A stretch of DNA of 64,000 bases, taken from Lama guanicoe (Eukaryota). Below the pieces are notes generated by a model, which was given only the letters and a program-made list of their open reading frames with translations, was not told the origin of the DNA and did no database searches. The position numbers and the translations under genes were made by a program. Of this stretch, positions 11,601-25,935 are shown in pieces. The stretch is taken from assembly GCA_013239625.1 (NCBI GenBank), contig MU053758.1, positions 868,001 through 932,000 on the forward strand, written 5' to 3'. Numbering within the stretch: position 1 is the first letter of the stretch; each line of letters begins with the position of its first letter.

Positions 11601-13789
11601 AGAGACCTGTTGTTCTTAGTTTGAAACCGTCTACAGGCCCGTATTTTAAGGTAGCTTCCAAGTTTCTACATTCACGTGGAACAGATGGGAATGGAAGTGG
11701 TTTCAGAGTGCTGACAACTCCATTAAAAATGTTTTAAAATCCATAATCCATAAATCTGAACCACATATTGGTTATATTCACAGCCCTTCCACTATTTCTT
11801 GTACCCTGTTTGTGAATACCACCACCTGCTGGTAGTTAATGACAAGGTTTTACTTTGCTGAAGAATCAATGTAAAAGTCAATATTAGATGAAATTTAAAT
11901 GCTTTTAAATAAGTTTTTGAAGTGAAAATACACTTACTGCATTAGTTTGAAACATCCTAGCCACAATTAATTTACCAAAACTTTTAAAAAGGAATTGGAA
12001 AAAAATTACACATGGAATATTTTTTGAAACGAAAGCTAGGCTTTAATTATTTTTATTTAATACCAATTCTTAATTATCTTTTCATTTCAACTTCTTTTTC
12101 CCTCCTCACAACATTTCAAAGTGATGTTAAAAGTATCCATATCATCAAGTTTGAGTTTCATTTCGTTTACTTCTTTTGTCTGCCCACTTTCTAAAAGAAG
12201 TGTTTATGTGCAATGAAGTATCAAAATATGGAAAAGGAAGAGGGGCAGGAAAGCATGGAAAATCCACAGGCGAAGTAACTGTCATCTTTTAAAGATTATG
12301 TCTGTGATTGAGGGATTTACCACTCTTATTTTGCATTGACTCATAAAACATATGTTCACAAAATCTGTTTTATGTGTGTTTTTTAAAACAGGATAAGAAA
12401 ATTTTAATGTGCAATAGAATAGGAAAATCAAATCTTTATGCAATGGTATAATGTACTTGTTTCTTTTGGTTGTTCAAATCTTTACTCATCAAACAGAAAT
12501 ATACTATCATACTTTATAATAAAATAAATAAAAATCCAATGTCACTATTGCCCAACTCAGTGAATGACAACATTTTGTGGATTAAGGTAATCCAAAACTG
12601 CAGTTTTCCAACCAAAAATCATGTGTTGTTTTTATTCTGAAGCTGTGCTCCTAGCGTTTCCTATTGTTCTTAAAACTGCATCCTGGTCCAGTTTTAATAT
12701 ATGCCTTTAGCAAGGTCAGTTTATTATCTCTTTGTATCTAGTAAGACGAATTGAAATGTATTGGTTTGGAGCCAAACTCAACCAGTGATTCCTCCTTCTT
12801 AAATATGATTTTCTAACCTACCAATTAAGGGCTGTCCTGCAGGTGGATGGTTCTCTTCACTCTTCCAACGTGTGAGAGGTTCTGACACCTCCTTTAGGCC
12901 CTCTGCCTTCTGCATACCCAGCCACACTCCTAATATTTTTAGTTGTATTCAACATTAATGTCTCCATACTTTGGGCAATTAGAAGTTGTAGGTCTTTGGC
13001 AGAAAGAAATGAAGCCTTACTGAAACTTGGTTGTACTTAGATAGCCTGGTGCTGAGTTTTATGCACTATCTGGAGGAGAATGAAATTGATCCAATACTGT
13101 TTCAAGAGTAAGAATGACTTCCAGAGATTTTGCTCTCTCACGGGAGATTTTACAGAACTTTTTCAATATTCTTTCATCATGTGTGAGGTTTCCCCCACCC
13201 CGCACTGCCAACCATAAAACAAGAGCAACCTCTAATGTCATAAGGGAGGGAGGAACAGAAGAGGGTAATGAAGAACCATACCACATCTTTTGATGATGGG
13301 AATCTAAGTAACAAACCCTATTAACTCAGAACTTTCTCCCTTAATCTGAAAATTCTGGTTTCAGAGTGACCTTTGCTTTTAGGGTTTTCATACACACACA
13401 TCGCCCACCCCAGGCTTCTGATCACTGCTGCGAGATCTGACTTACGCCCCCTGCTGCTTACCAAAACAGTGACGAGATTTTCTGCAGGCTCCTCCCATCA
13501 CACCGTCTGAGCACATCCTCCAGCAGGATACTCCGCTGTGAAGCGCCCCCTACTGTTCCTGTGAGGCCAGTGCACTGATGATTCTCAGACCTGCGCTTCC
13601 TAGGACTTCTCTATCTGAGGAGAGGATAAAGCTTGGTGCCACGTTTCTTCTTCAGCTTTATAAGGATCTATTCAGAACAAGCCACCCTTCTCTAGGTCAA
13701 AAGAACACGGAATTCTCACTATCGGCAGCTTTGAAACAGGTCCTTTTTTGAGATACGGTTTTAAGTAATCCTTTCTATTAATTCAGATA

Positions 13790-14120
13790 AATATATACAG
13801 AGCATTCTCGTCTTAGAGAGCATGGCACTATAAATCTTCCCAAAATTATCAAGGAATGACCCCTTCCCTCCTGAGACTTACAAACGTGGGGGGGGGTCAT
13901 CCAGACCCAAGCACAGATGTAATAATTCTAATCCTGGAATGTGATAATTACTATAATAGAAGTTTAAAAAGAAATACTATTGGAGTGGGAGAGATTAATT
14001 CCACATGGGGGATTCTGAAAGGCATTTTGGAGTAGGTGGATTTTGAATTGAATCCTAAAAGATGAATAGAAGAAGAATGTATCAGGCAGGGGGAACAGTA
14101 GCATTGAGAATGTGACATTT
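13790..14120 (-). mobile_element. L2 fragment
   Basis: gagagattaattccacatgggggattctgaaaggcattttggagtaggtggattttgaattgaatcctaaaagatgaataga. Confidence 0.65.
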
Positions 14121-14358
14121 GTTTTCACCAGGTTTCTTGCATCCCTTGACTTCTTAGTTGCCTTTGTTGTTAACTGCATGGTTAACCAATTAAGTAAGGC
14201 AAGGAGAAAAGCTGATTTGAGATAACCATGGTGTGAAAAGCTTTGATCTGGATGCTTACTTTCCTTTCTTTTCACATGGTGATTCTATGTAAATAACATC
14301 ATTAACTTTCTTTTTTCCTCTAACAGTCCATTTACCTGTTTCTTTCCATATATATTCC

Positions 14359-14376
14359 CACACACACACACACACA
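14359..14376. repeat. (CA)9 microsatellite
   Basis: Read directly. Confidence 0.95.
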
Positions 14377-17300
14377 CCCCTCCAGAGTTTATTCTTGGGC
14401 ACTTTCCAGTTTCTAATATGATCTCCACAAGTCAAATCAATTAGATTGAATTGATAATACAAGGTAATGATCCTGCTTGTCTTTGCAGGTAAACCTGAGA
14501 ATGGAATGAATCTAACTGCCTACTCATTAACCTTGAAAGACAATTCAGGTGGTTTTATTCTAGTGTTTCCAGTGTTTGTTTAGAGTTGAGCACACTTTAA
14601 ATATGTCTACATTGTTTAATAACCTCTTGTTGTAAACAGTTTTTGGATGGATTCAATTGATATTTTTCATTAAAGACCAGAGCCTAATGAACTCGTTCAC
14701 CTTCTTCTTGAATTTACATTCAAACAGATTTCTTAACGGCTTTTAAAATTGCTAACTTACTAGTTTTAAATTTATATATTTCATGCTGCCAACCTTGGAG
14801 TTTTTGTCCACATCAAATTCCTAATTCTTACTCTGAAATTGTAGGGGATAATTGTCTAACCCTTCTCTCTTTCCATTTTCCCCTAATTTCATCATTTGTG
14901 CTGCTCACTCTCCATGCTATGAATGTCTTCATTTAGGGATTGGTAGGATTTGGGTCCCTAAAGACAAATATTTTATTAGCTCTTAATGGTGATCTGCGAT
15001 GGAAGGTTACATTTTAAGGCATTATTTATTTTAACATGTTTGTAACTTGTTCTTAAGGAGGTTTTTTCCTCCTTTTACATTTCCATCTGAGAAAAATCAT
15101 CCAGAAATGTCTCCACTGCCACCTACTTGCAGTTTGGAAATTTACATGCACCTGGCTTTTCAAATAAAGCTGATTTTGTTTTCCTGCAAGGCAAGATTGC
15201 TGTCTAGAATACTGTAGGTGGCATTGTGGATTCTTCTCATGTTTTTAAAGGCATGGGTTTTGTGAAATTGCTTTAAAAAAAAAAGCTACATTATAAGATT
15301 TTTTACTAACATTCATGGAAACGGCTTTTTCTGTAAATGTGGTATGTCTTCTTCTATGATAATTGTATTGCTACAAATTATGTAGGTAACAGTCTAAGTG
15401 AAAATACCCTTCCTAAATGCTTTATTCATATTTATATTAGGTTTACGTTGCTGTAGTCATAATCCTTAATAACTTCTTATAAAGCACATTATATAATGCG
15501 TTCATGATTATGCTATGGAAAGCTGTTACCTAGCACATTGTAAAAGACAGACATTTTAAAAAACAATGTATGTTCCTATTTAATACAGAGAGATGAGTTA
15601 TCAGACACCGTGTGTACTTGTAATTTCATAAATAATAATAAGGTATGCATAAATGGCTCTTTAATGCCCAATGTTATTATGTAGAGAAGAAAGTGAACTA
15701 TTCTAATATAATAATAGATATGAGAATTTTGAGTTATTTTTTCTTCTCATCATAGCAGTGACCACTCTTTGCCTAATGATTTCATTTTATTGCAAATCCT
15801 CTGGATGGAAGCGTAAAGATTTGACATTGTTATGTGCTCTTTTAATGCAGGTTATTTCACATTTTATTCAGCCTACTAAAAGTATATTGCCCTGTCTTAG
15901 CGTATTTAACTGGAAACCTTTGCTTAAGTCATTTTTGCAGCATGCTCTGTAGAGTCTCCCATTTTAAAAAATTATGGACATCCAAGTATCTGCCTAAATT
16001 TTTAATTATCTCCCAAACTTCACGTACCTCATTTTTCTCAATTTTCAAACCGGGTAACTAGACTCAATTTTTAAGAACATTTTGGAAAGTGTTAATCATT
16101 GTTACTCTGAGAAATCATTTGGATCACATTGTAGATGTATGTACCTATGTGTGAAAACATATAGTAAGTGATGGGGATTATTTTATTATTTCTCATGAAT
16201 GCAGAGCTGGCAGTTCAGAGTATAGGGCTAGTCCTTTTCTGAAACCATTCTGTACTATCTAATTTCCCATCTATACAGTTTGTCCCTAAGTGACATTTTA
16301 AAAGCAGCTGTAACTTTATGGTTGTTTATGTTCGGTGACTGTAGAATGGTTATCTAAGAGAAGTTAAAACAAATCTTTGCTGTGTGTTCCCTGGCTGGTA
16401 CACAAGCAGTACTATGCTTGTACTTTTAAACAACTTCTAATGTAATCTGATTGCATTTGTATGCTGCACACCCTTTTTTAAGATTTTTTTTTTTAAATCT
16501 CATCTAGAGAAACTGCAAGTCATTCAAGTTTCCTTAACGGCACCAGTAATGTATATAAATCTTGTTAGTATGCAGTGCATTACAGAGTGGAGTGGCATTA
16601 AAACTCCTTTGTTGCAAAGTCATGCTTTAAGGAAGGCTTCCAGATCTCAAGATAAACGGTGTGCTTGGTGAAGCCACTTCATTTGAAAGTGTCTGGAATA
16701 TAATTTGTCTTATAAAGGCAATTCTTTCACATTGTATAGAAACCAGGTAAATTCTGGTTAAGTATGGGGAAATTTGTGCACTTGGATGAAATAAAGCTTT
16801 ATGTTTTGCATCCTCTCTGACAAATGTAATAGTAGATAGTGGGTTTTATAAGAGTTTTTGTTTATGGTTGTTACGCAGGTGAACAGAGATCTTTGAAATT
16901 TCAGTATCAAAATCACCATAGAACACAGTCCTGGTGGGAATACTGATGATTGACTGCATAAGCACATCACTGTGGCCAAGAATCCTGGCTTTCCTGGTGT
17001 AGGATGATAAAGCACTATCTTGTCACACTGACAGAGCTTTTTGCTGGCACTTGGTGCAAGAAGACAGGCAGGCCAGAAGGTGACTATCCTCAGCAAATTT
17101 CTAGTGTTGGGTCACTTTTCTCATCCACGTGGCCCACACCCCAAGTAGCTCTCCCTTTGTGAGCAGATCAGCCTCTTGCACGCATTCAGGAGATCTATAG
17201 ACAGTCTCCGAGGCTCCAATTGTCAGCTCCTTTTCTGCTTCAAGAAATGAAGAAGCTCCATACACTACAGTTATTTTTTAAAAGAGTGTAATAAGTTACA

Positions 17301-20300
17301 GTTATGGGTCATGGTAGTTTTTTTCTATGGTGTTATTACCATTATTATCTTCTACAGCAGTAAAAATTGATTGTTCAGATGAGCAGTGTGAGAGACCCTC
17401 AAATGCAGTCAGCAGGACTACATCTCCCATCTAGATAGCAAAAAAAAAGAAACAGAAAGAAAAAGCAAAGAAAAGAGTATATCAACCTTCTACTTCTCTT
17501 CCTCCCTCGTGACTTCCCAGCAAATTTTATGAATGCCCATGGATGTACCATAAATACATCCCTCTAAATGAAACTACGTTTTGAAATTGTAAATCTTAAG
17601 TTTGTGACCATCTGTCATCTGTTTTGGTCATCTTTACCCATATCTACATTAATATGATAATTACGGTAACTTTTTACATAACTCTACATATAAGATTTGT
17701 GTTTGTAATAAAATGGCTAGATACTATTTGGATACATATTTGTGAGTGCAATTAAATTAGAGAAGGCAAACATTTTTGAGCCCCAGAATGTATTAAGGGA
17801 GAAGACAGCTAGTGGTTAATACAGGGTATGTTATATCAGGAATCCTTGAGTTCTATGACCTGTGACAAGCTGCAATACTTTCCAAACTCAGTACACAACG
17901 AAACTTGTTTTAAAATGTTTTAAGACAGAGATTTTAAAATGCAATAAAATATTTTTAAAATTGCAATATGCTAGGATTTCATACAGTTGCTGGTAGCTTT
18001 AAAAATTGTGATTGTCAAAATGGCATTGTGTGTTTTTTCATCCCCTTATTGCATATCAGTTCTTTACTATCATCTTTGTGCTTAATCAAGTAGACTTATG
18101 AACACCTAATAAAACTCTCTTTGACTTTAGGGGGAATTTTGAATCCTTCTAAAATCACTAGACTGCCAGCAGTGTTTGGACCGAGTATCTTGTGATACTG
18201 GCTCTATTCCATCTGAGATGTGGTCACTCTCCCTTCCGTATTGAGATATATTTCACAATCATTAATAATGCATCAACTGCATACCATTTCTAGAAATATT
18301 TTTTATTTATAGCTTGGCTCCTTCCTTCCCCACCTCCAATTGCCAAAGAAGCCCTCAGAGCCTCCTGCCCCATTTTTACCCTCCTTCCCTCAAATGATAA
18401 GCATTGTCCTTTAGAAGACTTTCTGAGCACTGATGAATAGATCCATTCTGCTCTTCCACAAACCAAAGCATCTCCAAAAAGTACAGGGGAGTTTCTTTTC
18501 ATGAGGCTTTGAGAACACTGCCTTACAGCTGTCCTGAAAGGAGGAAGATTGGGATGCTGGTTGAGCTCTAGTTTCTTTGACCATCAATGCAAAAAAAGTA
18601 TGACTGTGTAATGACACAGACCAAAAGAAACATACACTGTTATGGGGCTTTCACATATTTTTATTTCCTTTTATGTGTACACTTGATACTGAAAATTTTA
18701 ATTTTTTTGCTAAGTGTTTTCATATTTAAATATTCAGTTCTCATCGATAGTCATTTTCAACTGTAAATGTTAACTAGTTTTACAGTTATATTTTCATCAT
18801 ATAGTATCAGACCATTTATATTGTTTATATGGGATTGATTTACTTGATTTTCCTCTCTTCCTCTATTCTCTGGATCTTCTTGACCTAGTTCCATGTGTGA
18901 ACTCCTAACACACACACACACATACAACTTTTGGTAAACTGAAGAATATACATGGGTATGAAGAAAGTCCAGGCTAAGTCTGACAATTTTATAACCTTAT
19001 TTATATTGATTGAAAAATGCATTCTTTGCAGACGCCTTTTTCCTTTGCTCTTTTGCCTGCTAACTCAACCCGAGAAACCAGTGGTAAACAGAGTGTTAAG
19101 CAGAGAGCAGACGGTAGCAATTTAGTAAATATTGTGGTGTCAGTTTTATTTCATTTATACAATTTATTTCATTGAGAAATATTGGGTAAAATAGATTTCT
19201 AAAACAAACGTTATGACTTATATTCTCCTAGGGTAAACCGACTGCATTTCTCATAAGCTGAGGCTGCAGATCTCTTCGAAGGAAAAATTATGAGGGTTGA
19301 TATTACAAACCTCCTCGGGAGCTCTTAGGGTGTAGATTTTGAAATGGGGAGACTAGAATGTTTGAATAACATAGAATAGTTGTATAATAAAAACTATCAT
19401 CTCTGGCCACATTTTGCTTAAGTTAGGAAAAATTTTAACATTCAGATTTTTGGCTAAAAGGTTAGTCTTTGTCAGCTTACATAATTACCAATTTTAGGGG
19501 AATTGTTTTGAATTTAATCATTGCATAATGCTTCAGAGGAAGGTCATGACTTTTTAAAATCTGTTACTGTATTCTTCATCCTAATGTCCAGTACATCTGT
19601 CTTTATACATGTATTTAGTAAGAAAGAAGAAAAATCTTTTTTTCAACATAGCTAAAAGATAAAAAAGAACTTGCCTATAAGTAATGGAGCAAAATGGGAG
19701 ACCCAGAAAGTAGCGTAGGTCACCTCTAATGAGTGCAAACAGATGACTGCAGTTTCTACTGTTAGACATAATTCTGATTTAAGATCCAGTCATTTTGTCT
19801 GGCTTTAATTTTAATTATATTTTGTTAATTAAAAACAAGATAAGCCCAAGAAGTTTCAGGCTCTTTTCCTCTTCATTTCTTCACCAAGGACGAAGCTTAT
19901 CATCGCCTGCCTCTCACTAGTCCCTCTGCTATGATGACGTTTAGCATTTGAAGGGGGAGTACCGGCCCATCGTGGGGAGGAGCTTCAGTTTCATTTCAAT
20001 GTGTAGAGAAATTTCCCTGAAAGGGAAAGGAGAAACCTCAACAGCTTACCCGAAGGAAAAAGAAAAAACAAAACCTGAAGCTTTAAGAAAATTCAGGTGT
20101 CTTGGGGTTGTACCGTAGACTTTTCAGACTATTGTTGATGGTACTAGAATTATATTTGCTTGTGTTATTGAACTTCACATTTTTATCCTTTTGGATTTAT
20201 AGAATTTAATGATATTTGTAGGGGACAGAAGTATAGGGGAAATTTTGTCACTTTAAGGGGTATAATACCAAGTTTAAGCAAACCTACTTTTCTTCCAAGA

Positions 20301-23300
20301 ACACGTGCGGAAGAAACGCCATGTCTTGCATCTAGTAGGCACCCAGTAAATATGAAAAAATGAATAAATGTGCCATGAGTACTAGCGTGTGGTCAAAGTT
20401 CTCTAAAATAGCATATTGATAATGTAACAAGGTGTAGTTGTAAGTAATTTGTGCTTTTATCTTTAACACATTAAAGTATATGTGCACTTAGGGTTTAAAT
20501 TCTGTTCACATATGATTGCTTATGCTGTGTATCAAGAAACTAGTTTAAGCTTCTCAAAATATTTATGTCTTATATGAGAGGCATGAATTAGAGAGTTAAA
20601 TCAGTACGTTTAGTAGCAGCAAATGGCAATTAATAGTGTACAAATTTTGTATATTCCATTCTAGCTTTGGGATTAGGAATGAAAGTTACTTTACACATTG
20701 TGCGTCATGAACTGAAGGGGCAAAAAAAAGAAAAGAAAACATTTCCTGAAAGAAGTTTCTCTTACCAAAAGTTTTCCTAGTGTTATTTTTATAGCCGAGT
20801 GAGAGAGAATTTACAGGGAGCTGAAATCATTGAAGCTAATTAGTTGAATGGCCCTATTATTTATCCAGGGACACGTAGTACAATAATTGCTATTGCAGGT
20901 TTGAAGCATCTCAGGGATATTAATTCCAGAGCTTTCATGTCATCTCAGTACAGTAAAACTTCCTAATGGCACCCTGAAGGTGCATAATCTCATTTTAAAA
21001 CTACTTTTTCTTATTTTTTTCTGAAAGAACTGGCAGAATCTCCTTCCATAAAAGCTGAAAAAGGGGAAGAACTCATAATATTTCCCTCATAAGAAAGCAG
21101 TTATATTTTCTTATTATTTTTTTTTTTTACTGTGTGACCTTTCCTACCTTCTGATGAGGGGGTTGCTATGGCACTTTATCAAAAGTTTATCTGAACTTGA
21201 CTCCTTTGCCTCCCCTTGGTGGCAGCCAACGTATCTCTTGATCTCTAGAGGGGAGTGGGGGCAGGTTGGGAAGGTGTGAGGCGGCATTGGCCCTGGTCCC
21301 TTCCATAGTCATTTAGAAGAAGAGGACTCATTACAGAACACAGCAGGGTCCTGGCTAGGTCAGGAAAGATGAGTCCAGCACCTACGCCTAAGAGAAGTCT
21401 CCTGAAGACATCCTAACCCATCCCTAATTTGTGTCCCCTTGGAGAAAAAGCAACCATAATACGATCTCTATAAAATCACACCAAGAAATGCCACTTGTGT
21501 AATTTTAGAGGGAAATGAAGCCATTGCTCATAAAACTGCTAGCACTGTCTTGAGTCAAGAATAGTGATGGTTGTTTGGCAAACATCCCACACTCATCTCT
21601 GGAAAACCATCTCAGTTTTTACATTTATCTTTCCTTCCTGCCTCTCCCTCTCCATACTCTTTCATTCTTAGCCTTGCCACTACTTGAAGACCTAAGTTCT
21701 GTCCTAGAAAAGAGAGTACAGTCCCTAAAGTTTTGAGACTTAGATTCATAAGAATCCACTGGACTGGAGGATCCATTTCATCCATGCCTCAGCCTCAGGC
21801 CTCTCTCTTTCTACTCTGACCTTGCAAAACTCCAGAGGGGTAAAGACTCAGAGACTTCCCTTTAGTTAGGGCAACTCACAACCTAAAACTTACCATGCTT
21901 ACTTCACGTTGCAGTTCTTTAAATGAGGAGTGACCACAGGGATGTGTCCCCACAGGGGACCAGAATGATACCATTCAAATCTGTGGTCTTAAAATCTAAG
22001 AAACAATTTGTATCAAGTTTTCAAGATCTGAAAAGCAAATACAACTCTAACCATGCCATTAAACTGGACAGAAGTTCCAGCAATAAAGCAAGAGAGACCT
22101 CCAGGGAAGCTGATGCAATTAGGAAAACTTAACTTAAGTGCAGTATATAGATCAGAGTTCTTCCCTTATATTGGCTGCGGCTGTAAGTAGCTGGATCTGT
22201 ACACACACAGATGTGTACCCATTCACACACATACTGTCTTAGAGCTTTGGTCATTTTTATCATCATATGTTAATTTCTTTGTTAAAGTTCCCTGATTTCC
22301 TTTAAATTCAATATAAACTTATTTGACTAACAGTTCTATTCATTAAGGTCTTAATTAGAACAAGACACAAAAATGGTAATGCTCTATGCTTGTATTCCTT
22401 CTCTTATTCATTATAAGTTCACTATAAAGATTGGTAGATTTTCCCAGGAGTCAATGGCTGTCTTTTCAGATAGATAGATAAACACAGGCCAAATAACAAC
22501 TAGTTAGTGGCTTATATCAAATCCAGGGCAAAACAGCATACACCGGAAAATCTTACAGAGCTGCTGTGGGACCTCTGCTCTTGCTGAAAACAGCGCTGTC
22601 TCCTAGACTTCTTGGTCTCAAGAAGTACTGCTGAGTGAGAAAACCAGGATTAAAATCCAGGATCCTGTCTTCCTGTCCTAGATCAACTAAACAAACCAAC
22701 TAGGGCGCTCATAATTGTGTTCTCCTCTCTCTCCCTCTTTCTCTCTGCTTCTCTTTGTCTCTCTCTCTTCCTTTCTCTCTTACATATATTATTTACTCAA
22801 GAGTCTGTACCAACCCTTTGGGGGCTGTTAGAATCTATTTTATAGTTTGTTGGTCACTGACCTGATAAGTCATAATCGCTCAGAAAGAATCATCGCAATT
22901 TTATCAGGTAAGAGCAGCTGCTGCACAGGCACAGTAAATTCTTGGGCTTAAAATCTGTGCAGTTACTTTTTTCCAGAAGAAATGTTAAATGAATGCTTAA
23001 TGTATTTGGTGAAAGACTGTGTGCTCTTGTTTAGAATTTAGCAATGATGTTTTGGAAGAAAAAAAATTACCAAGTGTTCAGGGAAAGAATCAAAAAGAGG
23101 ACCTTGAAATTTTATATAGCCCTACCCATAATTGACTTTGAAACGCCCCTAACTTCCCCTTGCTTAAGTTTCTGTCTGCAAAAAAAGGTCAGGAGACGGG
23201 GAGGAAATTTTTTGTTGTGTGTTGTGTGTTTGTGGCAGGAGGTGGGAAGGTGATACAATGGAATTTCTAATATTTAACATTCTTTAGAAAATTCAAGGAC

Positions 23301-25751
23301 ACAGACAATTTCATGTTTTAATCAATTTTGTAGTTCAAATGCCTTTGAAAGTTTTGGGTTTTTCTTTTTTTTTTTTTTTTGAATACCAAGGAAATCCCAA
23401 CCAAATGTCTTAAATTACTGGGATGTCTGTATCTTTTGCCCAAGATAGACTTTTAGAAGTCATTAAAGATAAATAATTCATTTCCAGACCAAGCTCCTCT
23501 GTATTAAAGTTTTGCATTCTTTTTAATTTTCTTCCTGTCCTTTCCAAGTTATAAGCTTGTGACAACAGGCTTTGCATAAAAATGCTGACAGACCCTTAAC
23601 TATAACAATGAGAATGGTGCTACTTTCACTTTAATTTAACTTGATTTAAATGAAAAGAATGAGGAATAAAAGAGGGTATACATTTGGAGGTGATTCTATA
23701 TACTTGGTTTTAACCAACAGGCTTTATAAGTGTTCATTAAGAAACTCCACTAGGCATGTTTCCTGCTGCAGAATAGACTTTAACGGAAGAAATAAAGCTG
23801 TGAAGATTCCGTTTTCACTTTGTTTCTCGTAAAGACAGTCAGGATCCAACATAAACAACAATTTACACCCAGCATTTATTCTGGAAATTACAGTATCGTG
23901 CAGTTAACGCGCACAGATAAATAATGTTTTATGGGATTCTGTGGAGCCCTTTCAGGGTAGCGGATGTTTAACCGAATTAAAGGATTTTGAGAACTCAAAG
24001 CTCTCATTTTAAGCAGGTTTAAACAGTTAATATTACAAAATGCCAGCACAGAGGAGCTGGTCCAAATATATTTTTAATGCACAGTTATTTTATTTTCATG
24101 ATTTCCCATTTTGGTTTTATTACCATTTGGCACCTTCCGTTTATACTAAGTCACTTGTCGCCCAGGCCGTCTCCCTCAGGACTTTGCTTGCTTTGTGGTA
24201 ACATTTCTTAATCCACATTTTAATCTTCTATATATCTGCAGGTGTGGAAATATCAGAAATGAAACTATAATTCCTGATAGATGGCATTTATATAACAGAG
24301 ATGATTTTAAAAATACAGAATTGTGATTTTAAATAATAATACCACAGAATTATTTTTTTAAGGAGAGAATCACATATTTTGGCTAATTTCTGCCTTTTCT
24401 CTTAGTAAAAGGGGGCAGTTTAAAGAAATCATCTCTCTTTCCAGGACAGGGAGTAAAAAAGATACCATCTTTCAAATCATAATAGATTATAACAGTTTGG
24501 AGTCATTTTAATATAAAACATATTATAAAATTATAATCAAGTAATGTTTTGTGAGAAAAGGCAGGAGATATTTAAACGGCAGCATCAGGGAAGGTGAGGG
24601 GATGCTTCAGGTAAAAAAGCAACAGCTCCAACCAGCAAGTGTTAGAAAAAGCTCCTCGGGTCCTGTCTTACCCTTCAGGGCTATAACAAATCTGTGTCAT
24701 TTTCAAAAGATTGCTCCCTTTCCGTGCCGTTAGGTCTACCTGGTCTCCTTTCTCACTTGCTTATGGGGCCTCTGTGCTCTCCCAGATAAGCAATATGTGT
24801 CAACAGTTACCTGTGAGCCGTATTTTTAGTAAAATTCAAATTGTGATTCTGAATTTTACTAAAATTCTGTTCTTCTAATATAACCTCAAGAAAAAAATGA
24901 TAAAGTTTTTTAATGTTCCTGTTTCACTCATGTATTTTATACAAGGTACGACTTTCAATACTATTATAGCATTAGTTTAGCCCTGGTTAAGGTTAAGTTG
25001 GCATTTCTATTCTAAATCACTTTTTTAGGCTTTTGAAACTTGACCTTTTAAATTCTAATGGGACTGAAGCTGAGAGAGATAGACCAAGTAAGTGTGATTA
25101 AACATACATAAAGCCATTAAAAACCTGCTATGCCAGCCCAATAGTCTAATGGAACTGCTTTACATTGACAAGCTACTGTCCATTGGAGAATCTCAGATTA
25201 TTTCTGTTCTTTAATTAAACTTACCTAAATGTGGGGTATGTTGAGGCATATTGAAGTTACAGAATTTTTTTAAAGGCCCTCTAGTGAGCCCTTTGCATTG
25301 ATGGAAACTCAGCTTATCTTCAACTCAACCTCCCTTCCCATGCCCCTCACAGCCCTTTCTGATCACACCAATCTAAGGCAGTTTCATCGTTCTCTGACAG
25401 AACACATGTTGACTGCACCACTCATTCTGAATGTCTTTACTGTCTTATATTACTATTGTATTGTTGTAATCACATGGGATCCTTGGGGACAAGGATTATA
25501 TCTTAAACTTCTTATTGCCTACAGTTCTTAATGCAGTACTCTATACATAGAAAACATTCAGTAATTAATTATTTGGTAAAGGATTGGCAAAACTAAAAAC
25601 TAAGAACTATTTGTTCCTCTGTAGACCATCATCCTTCCTGGAAAATAAATGGGTAAAAATATAGCTAATCAGTCCTACACTAGGAGGTCTGTTCATTGGC
25701 CTCTTTTATCATTATGATCTATTTGCCTTAATAGAAACAGTATTGTTGGTG

Positions 25752-25935
25752 ATTCATTTGTTTATTTATTCAGCAGTTTCTTTTTGAGTGCCTACAATGA
25801 AAGAACAAGATAGATGAGGTTCCTGTCCTCATGGGGTTTTACATTCTATTGGGGAGACTAGTAATAAAGAAGTAAACCAATAAATAAAATAATTACAGGT
25901 TGTGATTAGAGTTATTAAGAAAGTAAGCAGAGTAT
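25752..25935 (-). mobile_element. L2 3' end
   Basis: attcatttgtttatttattcagcag...gagtgcctac...gttcctgtcctcatggggtttacattctattggggagac. Confidence 0.75.

Noticed and set aside
19930..20020. Box C/D snoRNA (ATGATGA ... CTGA, ~90 nt)
   Set aside because: No terminal stem adjacent to the boxes and no recognisable rRNA/snRNA guide. Such box pairs are common by chance.
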